64,000 nucleotides of DNA from Alphaproteobacteria bacterium (GTDB taxonomy: Bacteria; Pseudomonadota; Alphaproteobacteria; MPNO01; UBA830). The stretch is from NCBI GenBank assembly GCA_964291215.2, contig OZ219791.1:1856001-1920000 (forward strand), given 5' to 3'. Numbering within the stretch: the stretch's first letter is position 1; each line of letters opens with the position of its first letter. This document shows positions 22,056 through 29,905 of this stretch, in pieces. A program made the translations under genes and the position numbers. Below the pieces are notes generated by a model that saw nothing but the letters and a program-made list of their open reading frames with translations, was not told the origin of the DNA and made no database searches.

Positions 22056-23685
22056 GTATCTACTCACCCCTAGTTGGATTCTGATTGGCCATAGTGCTCG
22101 TTGATGATGTCTGCGGCTTTTCCGTCGAGGGCGATCTGGGTGGCGACGAGTGGGTTGTAGCCGAGTGCGGCCATGGAGGTGAGGTAGCTCGAGCCCCGGC
22201 ACCATGCTTTTGCGTGGAGCATGGTGCGGAAGCACCCGGACACCTTGAGCTTTGCCATCCTGATTTTCTGTTCTCCGGCATTGTTGGTGAAGCTGACGTT
22301 GGGGTCGTCTGTGAAGCGCAGGTTTTCGTGTTTCACGAGACGTTCGTGCAGGTTGTGCGCGTCGGACTTGCGTCCACGTTTTCCTTTCGGCGGGATGTCG
22401 GGCAGTTCCCTGGCGCCCTGATGGTGCGGTAGCGCTTGCGCCCGGCGTCGTTCAGGGTTTTGGATGCGCTCTTGTTGACCTTGTGGCAGACCTCGCGGAG
22501 CAGGCTCTTCATCAGTCGCGCGGTAGCCTCGACGACAAAGGTCAGTTCGCGCAGCAGGTGGCTACCGCACAGCTGGTGGCTACACTGGCCCATGTACGAG
22601 GCCCAGCAGTCGTGGACCAGGACGCCCTTGTAGCACGGGATGATGCCGATCTCTTGCCCGCGCTTGCGGTGCGGGAACTTGCACGTCAGGGTCCCACGAC
22701 ATGAAGCCACTTGCTGTTGATCCGAAATCATCGACATCGGGCGTTGCAGGAGGTGCGCCACGGCGGCCTCCTCCCATGACACGAGCGCATCGTGAAAGCA
22801 TAGCCGAGGCAGGTTGCCTCGGAGAGCTTGATGCCGGAGATCGCCTGCACGAACGCGACGGCACGGCGCAGGGATAGCATCTGGGCGACCAGTAGGTTGA
22901 TGACGAGGGCTTGGATGCCGATGCCTTACTGCACGGGATGTTGTCGGGGAACCGGCCCCGGGCCTTGCACTTCGGGCATTCCTTGATCTCGGCGCGGCGC
23001 TCGACGACCTCGAACACGATGTCATAGAGGACGCGGCGCTCCCGATCGACGGGGCCGTCGATGTCAGCGCCGCAGGCGTCGCAGGCCGCAACCGTTTCCT
23101 CGACGATGGTCTTGCGCAGGTTGTCGCCCATCTGCCGGTTCGGCTTCGGGCCCTTGCCGTTGCTTCCGGCACGCTCTCGTCCTTGTCCGTCTGTGACGGC
23201 GGCAGACCGGAGTTCCGGCTCGTTTTGCGCGTAGTCTTCTCCAGAAGGACGACGATGATGATGTTGAGCAGGATGACGAGGACGCGGATCATGGCCTCTT
23301 CCGCCACCTTGCCGGCAGCGCCGCGATCCTGGCCGCTTCGAACTCCTCGCGCGCCGCCCGTCGCCATCACCCGGCCTCGACGGTCATGATCGCCGCGAGC
23401 ATTGCCTGGCGCTCGCCCGGCGGCATCTTCCGGTACTCCGCCTTGCGCTTCATCAGCACGCCGCCTCCGAGATGCGTTTCCACATACAGATCATGCGGGG
23501 GCTGGAGCCCCGGAAGCAGCTGGCACAGCCCGCTCGTCGCCTTCGATCCAAAGTAGCCCACTGGCGGTCCCCGTCGTTCTCGATGACCACCACTAAGCGA
23601 ATCGGCCTGCAGTGTCAAATCTCCACGAAAACCCGTTCGTTACTCTACCCCGACATCAAGCCGGAACCAGGGGGTGAGCAGTTAC
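22056..23685 (-). mobile_element. IS66-family element copy 2 (degraded) with methyltransferase passenger remnant
   Basis: Same ends as 9066..10500; YKGVLVHDCWASY, HQLCGSHLLREL; flanks differ, so no TSD. Confidence 0.9.
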
Positions 23686-23714
23686 AAAAAAACAATCTAT
23701 TTTGGCACGTGACC
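23686..23714 (-). mobile_element. Orphan ISAzo13 left end
   Basis: Reverse complement GGTCACGTGCCAAAATAGATTGTTTTTT matches 20513 onward; abuts TTA. Confidence 0.75.
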
Positions 23715-24509
23715 TTAGCGTACCTGAAACCGTCGCGACAGCGGATCTATCACGAGCTTCTCGCCGGCAACGAAGATCAGCACGATCGCAAAACAGGCGG
23801 CAAAGAGCGTCACCGCATCGGCAGCGGTAAGCGCGCGGAGCATCTGGTAGCCGATACCGCTTTCGGCGCCGAACAGTTCCGAGACCAGCGCGATTTTCCA
23901 GCCGACGCCGTAGGCGATCCGGAGCGCCGCCACGACATACGGCATGAGTAGCGGAATCGTGATACGAACGAATACCTTGAGGCGGTTGCGTGTGAAACTT
24001 CGGCCCATCTCCAGAAGCTCGACATCGAGCTCCTTCAGCCCTTCGGAAATGTTGACCAAGCAGAACGGTGTGAGGATTGCGACCTGGACGAAGATCACCG
24101 AGAAATCCGAGGTGCCGAACCATATCACCGCCAGGATCGCCCAGCCGATCGAGGGAAAGGAGTTCAGGAACGGCTTGATCCGTTCATGAACTATGGCCTC
24201 CGCCCATGGCCACCGCCACGGCACCAGTGCCAGCACTCCGCCGAGGGTGACCGCGATAACGACGGATGCCGCCACCCGGACGGTACTGATCAGCGAATCG
24301 TCGACTATCCCCGAAAGTATGAAGAAATCCAGCACCCGTTCGGCCACCGCAAGAGGTCCGGGCAGGATGAAGTCCGGCATCTGACGGGCGGCAAGCCACC
24401 ATCCGAGAATCGCGACGATCACCAGGCCCTCGGCCGGGAGGTGCTGGAAGAGCCGCTGCCTCAGGGGGCTGCGGATGCTTTGGGGCCGCCTGTCAGTTCG
24501 GGGCGGCAT
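23715..24509 (-). CDS. NitT/TauT ABC transporter permease
   Basis: FILPGP, NSFPSIGW, EMGRSF, WKIALVSELFG; start approximate. Confidence 0.88.
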   Translation of the reverse strand: MPPRTDRRPQSIRSPLRQRLFQHLPAEGLVIVAILGWWLAARQMPDFILPGPLAVAERVLDFFILSGIVDDSLISTVRVAASVVIAVTLGGVLALVPWRWPWAEAIVHERIKPFLNSFPSIGWAILAVIWFGTSDFSVIFVQVAILTPFCLVNISEGLKELDVELLEMGRSFTRNRLKVFVRITIPLLMPYVVAALRIAYGVGWKIALVSELFGAESGIGYQMLRALTAADAVTLFAACFAIVLIFVAGEKLVIDPLSRRFQVR

Positions 24510-25275
24510 GATGGCGGGCCAGCCGCGACTGCATGGGCGCAAACAGCCAGCGGTCGGAACTGTAGACGAAGATGATGATCACGATGATCACGACGATGAT
24601 CAGCGGCGTGTCGAAGTCCTGCCGTGCAAGGTTGAGCAGGTAGCCGAGGCCGCGGTCGCCGCCGAACAGTTCTGCCGTCAGTGCCACCTTCCAGGCCACG
24701 CCGAAACAGATGCGCAGCGTCGCAAAGATGAACGGATACAAGGCCGGCAGCACCAGGAGGCGGAACTCCCGCCATGTGCTGCGGCCGAAACTTCGGCCCA
24801 TCTCGATCATCTCGTGGTTGATTGAATCCAACCCCTCACGCATGTTGATGATGGCAAACGGGATCAGCACCATGCTGATCGCATACATCACGGTGAAGTC
24901 GTTGATCCCGAACCAGATGATGGCAAGCAGCGTCCATCCGATTCCGGAAAAAGAGTTGAGGAACGGGCTCAACCGGGCGTGAACCATCAGGCGGAACAGC
25001 GGCAGGTAGAATGCGAGAAATGCGAGCGCGGAGCCGATGACGAACGACGCGATGATCGCGCCGCCGATATGGGCAAACGACCAGAACATGTGCTTGAGGA
25101 GGTGAACGTCGATGAAGAACTCGTAGAGCCGAATCGCGACGACTTCGGGCCCCGGCATGATATAGGCCTCGACGATCTGGCCATAGATCGCCCACAGGCT
25201 GAGGAACCCGAGAGTGAACAGATGGGCCGCGCGCCGGTTGCGCCGACGCGTGGCCCCGATGTCAGGCGCGTTCAA
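24493..25275 (-). CDS. NitT/TauT ABC transporter permease
   Basis: YIMPGP, EMGRSFG, AWKVALTAELFGG..GLG. Confidence 0.9.
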   Translation of the reverse strand: MNAPDIGATRRRNRRAAHLFTLGFLSLWAIYGQIVEAYIMPGPEVVAIRLYEFFIDVHLLKHMFWSFAHIGGAIIASFVIGSALAFLAFYLPLFRLMVHARLSPFLNSFSGIGWTLLAIIWFGINDFTVMYAISMVLIPFAIINMREGLDSINHEMIEMGRSFGRSTWREFRLLVLPALYPFIFATLRICFGVAWKVALTAELFGGDRGLGYLLNLARQDFDTPLIIVVIIVIIIFVYSSDRWLFAPMQSRLARHHAAPN

Positions 25276-25294
25276 GGCGCCGCCCGCCCCCTGC

Positions 25295-26275
25295 TCACTC
25301 GCGGATCGCGTGTTCCCAGATCACCGTCTCCGCCTTGCCGTGTTTCTTGAGGATGCCGAGCTCCTTGGCGCCCACCCAGACGGTGTCTATGGCCCTGACG
25401 TCAGCCGCCGTCACCGTGGCCGGGAAAAACGAGAAACGTGTGAGCCAGGCTTCGAAGAAATCGGCCGAAATGTTGTTCTCCTTGCTGATCGCTTCGCCGA
25501 TCTTGCGCCGGTTGGCGACCGCGTAGTCGACGGAGGCCTTGAGCATCCTGTTGAATTCCTTGAAGGCCGCGGGCCGCGCCTTCAGCTTGTCGGGATAGCT
25601 GACATTGACGGCCGGGACCACTTCCACGCCGTAGAGTTCATGTATGTCGCGATTGGTGTAGGCGATGGCGCGGTACTGGCCCGACTTGTCGGCCTTGTAG
25701 GCTTGCGAATGGATCAGCGACGCGGCATCGACCCGCCCGGCCTCGAGAGCGCCGAGCAACGCCGGCGCCGGCATCTGCACCCATCGGTAGTCGCCACCCT
25801 TGTAGGACACATTGATTCCGTACTTCTTCCATAACGCAAGGCGCTGCCAAGTGGTACCGGTCGACTGCAGGGCGACATTTCCGATAGTCTTGCCCTTCAG
25901 ATCAGCCGGGCTCTTGTAGGGGCTGTCCGCCTTGACCCAAAGCGCACCGCCTTCGCGGCCCGGCGGCGCGCGCAATGCTGTGGACAGGACCACGAGGTCG
26001 AGGCCGCGCGCCTTGGCCCGCGGTATGGCCATTACGGCGTTCATGATCACGTCGTAGCGCTTGGTGGGTGTCGACTGGATCAGGGCCGGAATCGCAAGCG
26101 AGGACGCTTCGATCTCGATGAGGTCGGATTTTATGATGCCCTTCTTAATTCCGTAGAGCATGCCTTCCATCGCCGGTTCGATCAGGTAGGCATAGGTGAT
26201 CTTTTCCTTTGCCGTCGCCGGGCCGGCGGCCGCAAGGAAGGTTGCCGCCAACGCGGCGGTCAGGATTTTTTTCAT
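25295..26275 (-). CDS. NitT/TauT ABC substrate-binding protein
   Basis: Signal peptide MKKILTAALAA; DSPYKSPADLKGKTIG, ALEAGRVDAA. Confidence 0.88.
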   Translation of the reverse strand: MKKILTAALAATFLAAAGPATAKEKITYAYLIEPAMEGMLYGIKKGIIKSDLIEIEASSLAIPALIQSTPTKRYDVIMNAVMAIPRAKARGLDLVVLSTALRAPPGREGGALWVKADSPYKSPADLKGKTIGNVALQSTGTTWQRLALWKKYGINVSYKGGDYRWVQMPAPALLGALEAGRVDAASLIHSQAYKADKSGQYRAIAYTNRDIHELYGVEVVPAVNVSYPDKLKARPAAFKEFNRMLKASVDYAVANRRKIGEAISKENNISADFFEAWLTRFSFFPATVTAADVRAIDTVWVGAKELGILKKHGKAETVIWEHAIRE

Positions 26276-27069
26276 GCGTGTGCCTCCTTGGTGGTCAGGT
26301 TGCCTTCGACCGCTCCGGGCTCGAGAGTGCGGAAGAGTTGGTGCAGATGGGCCCGGTGGGCTTTCAGGGTTGCAGCGGTATCGATGTTGCGGGGACGAGT
26401 TTCTCGGATCTCGATGGTCTCGAGAATCCGGGTCGGTTTGTTGGATAGCAGCACGATGCGATCCGCGAGCACGAGTGCCTCGTCAATGTCATGGGTGACG
26501 AACACGATCGTCTTGCCGGTGGCCTCCCAGATCGAGATGATCTCGGCGCGTAGGCGCCGCCGGGTGTTGAGGTCGAGCGCCGAGAACGGTTCGTCCATGA
26601 GGATGATCTTGGGTTCGACCGACAGCGCCCGCGCAATGGCGACGCGCTGGCGTTCTCCGCCCGACAGCATTGTCGGAAACTTCTCCATGTCGGCGGCCAG
26701 CCCTACCAGCGCCAACAGTTGACGCGCCCGCGCCCGCATCTCGCTCTTTGCCATGCGCTCGAAGCGGAGTTCCATTCCGAGGATCACGTTTCCGATCGCG
26801 TCGCGCCATGGCACCAGGCGCGGCGACTGGAAGATGTAGGCGAGGTCCCGCCAAGCCTCGCCGGGCGGGCGGCCATCGACCGCGACCTCGCCCGAGGTCG
26901 CGCTGAGCAGGTCGCCCATGATGCGGAGCGACGTTGACTTGCCGCATCCGGACGGTCCGAGAATGCAAAGAAACTCTCCTTCCCGGACATCGAACGTCAG
27001 GTCGCCATAGATAGTTTCCGACGCAAAGCTGACGCCGACGTCACGAAAGGTGATGGCGCTTGCAGTCAC
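26272..27069 (-). CDS. NitT/TauT ABC ATP-binding protein
   Basis: GPSGCGKST, LSGGERQRVAIARAL, MDEPFSALD, FVTHD; GTG start inferred. Confidence 0.9.
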   Translation of the reverse strand: MTASAITFRDVGVSFASETIYGDLTFDVREGEFLCILGPSGCGKSTSLRIMGDLLSATSGEVAVDGRPPGEAWRDLAYIFQSPRLVPWRDAIGNVILGMELRFERMAKSEMRARARQLLALVGLAADMEKFPTMLSGGERQRVAIARALSVEPKIILMDEPFSALDLNTRRRLRAEIISIWEATGKTIVFVTHDIDEALVLADRIVLLSNKPTRILETIEIRETRPRNIDTAATLKAHRAHLHQLFRTLEPGAVEGNLTTKEAHA

Positions 27070-27164
27070 TGGCGGGTGTTCCCCTGTGCGGTGCTTCGTG
27101 TTCCACTGTTCTCTTCCGCTGTCCCGGCCCGGACAGTTTTCCTCCCGGCCGGGCCGGCACGTGC

Positions 27165-29348
27165 CTACATGCCGTCGCGATAGACAACCTTGCCGCCGAC
27201 CATTGTCAGGAGCGAGCGGGTATGCCTGATGTCGTCCGGATCCACCTCGACGATATCTTGGGACAGGATTGTCAGATCGGCGAGCTTTCCCGGCTCTATC
27301 GAGCCGCGATCTTCTTCGACCCCCATGATGCGCGCGTTGTTGATGGTGTACAACTCCAGCGCCTCCTTGGCCGAGATCGCCTGGTCGGGGCCCATGGCGT
27401 AGCCGAGCAGCGTCTGGCGGGTGACCATCCACCACATCGACAGGAAGGGGTCGACCGGGACTACCGGGCCATCGGTTCCGCCGCCGACGAGAAGGCCACC
27501 GTCGATGAGATTGCGGATCGGAATGGCCCCGTCCGCCCGTTCGTTTCCCCACCACCGGCGCTGATTGTGACCCAGCAGTACCGGGTGGTCCTGGACGGTG
27601 GCAAGCACGCCGATCCCGGCCATCGTGCGAATGGCGTCGTCGGATGGCAGGAAGGCATGCATCAGCGTCCAGCGCAGGTCGGCGATCGCCATCTTGCGGT
27701 CGGCGCGGGTATAGGCGCGGACGATGACGTCGATCGCTTCGTCTCCGACGCCGTGGGTCTGCGCCTGCAGGCCTGCTTCGGCCACCAGACCAAGGGTCTC
27801 GACGAACTCGTCTTCGCCTCCGGGCGGCATCATCAGGAGTCCCCGATATTCGGGATCCGGCTGTTCGCCGGGCACGATCCGGTACGGCCTGCGCAGCCTC
27901 GCACCCTCGACGCCGCCATCGAGCATGAACTTGATCCCTGCGAAGCGCAGCATGTCGTCGCTGGTCTCCGCCTGGATCGCGACGATGCCGCGCTCCGTAT
28001 GGGCGCGATCCGCAGCCTTGTACAGGAGATCGGTGCGCACCGTGATCGCGCCGTCGTCACGGAGGCGGCGATAGACCGCCATGCTGTCCTCGTCGACCAC
28101 CGGGTCGATGACGCTGACGATGCCGTAGCTGTTGAGTTCCTTCATCGCGGCCTTGAGCAGATCGGCCGTTTCGTCCTTGTTGGGCAGGAGCGGCGCCACC
28201 CGCCTCGCGAAATACGCCGCCGTCTCGAGTAGCACGCCGGTCGCCTCGCTAGTGTGGGGATCGCGAACGATCACGCCTCCAACGGGATCCGGCGTGTCGG
28301 GGCCTATGCCTGCCCGTTCCAGGGCGAGGGAGTTGACGGTCACGACATGCCCGCCCCGCGGGATGATCACCGGGTTGCGGGGCGCTGCCTCGTCGAGCTC
28401 CCAGCGGGTCGGCATGCGGCCTTCGGCGAGCAGGCTCTCGTGCCATCCGGATGTGCCGACGATCCAATCGCCTCCCGGCGTCGTTTCGGCGCGGTCCGCT
28501 ATCCTGGCCTGAACATCGGCGATTGATCGTGCGTCGAGAAGTTGGACGGTGGGCATGTTGAGACCGACATAGAACTGGTGGATATGGGAATCGATCAGGC
28601 CCGGTATGGCCGTCCGTCCCCCGAGGTCAAGGATCTCGGTGTCGGGTCCGACATGTCGGCCAACGTTTTCACTGTCCCCGACGGCAATGAATCGGCCGTC
28701 CCTGATCGCCACTGCTTCCGCGGTCGCGAAAGCAGCATCGACTGTACGGATTCTGCCGTTCAGTAGGATCATGTCGGCGGCGCCCGCGCCGACGGAGATC
28801 TGCGTGCGGCGTGCGCTTCTCACGTGGCGGTGGACCGGGTGCCGATGCAGCGGCTGCGCTTCGAGATAGGCGTGCAGCCAAGCTTGCGCGTCGTTGGGCG
28901 CCAAGGCCTCGGGCTGCTGCACGACGGTGTCAACGAGCACGGGGGCGACGTTCTCGCTCGATCCGGCGGCCCCCGTCGGCTCAAGCCGGATTCTGCCACT
29001 GACCGCTACGACTTCATGCATCATGGCGGGCGTCGGGGCCGGCGCCGCCGGTTCCACCAGAAGCCCGGTCTCGGCGCCATGGATGTTTCCGCAGAGCTGG
29101 CACGGAGCGAGGGATCGGGCCGTCAGGAGAAAGCGCCCGGGATCCGCGATCAGCGACGGGGCAACGAAACCCGACAGCCGTACCGCTTTGCCATCAAGTT
29201 GCCGCGCCAACGGCGTCGCGGCGGCATTCGGGCCTACGAGATCATCTATTTCGACGGTCTGTCCGTCATTGTTGTCGGGTCGAGTATCGGACCGGTCCGG
29301 ATGAGAGCATTCCGAAGTACTCGTCGAGAAAGCGGTCACTGGGTGCAT
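27165..29348 (-). CDS. Amidohydrolase-3 (YtcJ-like) with an N-terminal DUF3299-like CxxC domain
   Basis: PGLIDSHIH, IKFMLDGG, THGVGD, GGTDGP, GSIEPGKLAD; N-terminal LDGKAVRLSGF..FLLT..PCQLCG..H in the same frame; start uncertain. Confidence 0.8.
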   Translation of the reverse strand: MHPVTAFSTSTSECSHPDRSDTRPDNNDGQTVEIDDLVGPNAAATPLARQLDGKAVRLSGFVAPSLIADPGRFLLTARSLAPCQLCGNIHGAETGLLVEPAAPAPTPAMMHEVVAVSGRIRLEPTGAAGSSENVAPVLVDTVVQQPEALAPNDAQAWLHAYLEAQPLHRHPVHRHVRSARRTQISVGAGAADMILLNGRIRTVDAAFATAEAVAIRDGRFIAVGDSENVGRHVGPDTEILDLGGRTAIPGLIDSHIHQFYVGLNMPTVQLLDARSIADVQARIADRAETTPGGDWIVGTSGWHESLLAEGRMPTRWELDEAAPRNPVIIPRGGHVVTVNSLALERAGIGPDTPDPVGGVIVRDPHTSEATGVLLETAAYFARRVAPLLPNKDETADLLKAAMKELNSYGIVSVIDPVVDEDSMAVYRRLRDDGAITVRTDLLYKAADRAHTERGIVAIQAETSDDMLRFAGIKFMLDGGVEGARLRRPYRIVPGEQPDPEYRGLLMMPPGGEDEFVETLGLVAEAGLQAQTHGVGDEAIDVIVRAYTRADRKMAIADLRWTLMHAFLPSDDAIRTMAGIGVLATVQDHPVLLGHNQRRWWGNERADGAIPIRNLIDGGLLVGGGTDGPVVPVDPFLSMWWMVTRQTLLGYAMGPDQAISAKEALELYTINNARIMGVEEDRGSIEPGKLADLTILSQDIVEVDPDDIRHTRSLLTMVGGKVVYRDGM

Positions 29349-29424
29349 CGGCCTGTCTCCCGGTCCAGAGAGTGCCTCGTGTCGTTATTATTCACGGAAT
29401 GGTGTTCGCAGCAAGGCTGTTCCG

Positions 29425-29607
29425 CAGGGCTCTTCTTTTGTCCGGTTTCGTCCGACGAGGGGCGTTGTAGGCAGATCTGGAGGTCCATTCGGGAGCGGAT
29501 TTCGTTGTCGATATGCCGGTTCCGACCTTGTGACGGTGCTACCAACTTCAAGAACGGCCACTCTGACACGGTTGTCCGCCGCCGATCGCGACATCAGAAT
29601 GGTCCCG
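29425..29607. mobile_element. ISAs1-type MITE copy A (about 183 bp)
   Basis: CAGGGCTCTTC...GAATGGTCCCG; perfect 10-bp TSD GGCTGTTCCG at 29415-29424 and 29608-29617. Confidence 0.85.
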
Positions 29608-29617
29608 GGCTGTTCCG

Positions 29618-29801
29618 CAGGGCTCTTCTTTTGTCCGGTTTCGTCCGACGAGGGGGCGTTGTAGGCAGATCTGGAGGTCCATTCAGGAGCGGATTTCGTT
29701 GTCGATATGCCGGTTTCGACCTTGAGACGGTGCCACCAACTTCAAGAACGGCCACTCTGACACGGTTGTCCGTCGCCGATCGCAACAACAGAATGGTCCT
29801 G
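29618..29801. mobile_element. ISAs1-type MITE copy B, tandem to copy A
   Basis: Near-identical to copy A; ends GAATGGTCCTG; right flank lacks the TSD. Confidence 0.85.
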
Positions 29802-29905
29802 TCAACACACGGCGCGGGCCTTCCCGAGAGCGGCGCGGCCTCCCTGTCACGGCCGGGGCGGCGGCCCCTGTCCTGCGCCATCGGCAGGACACGCCGGGTG
29901 TTTTC

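Noticed and set aside
29415-29811. Tandem repeat as a CRISPR array or structured ncRNA
   Set aside because: 184-bp units with IRs and 10-bp TSD fit a MITE; no spacers or cas genes
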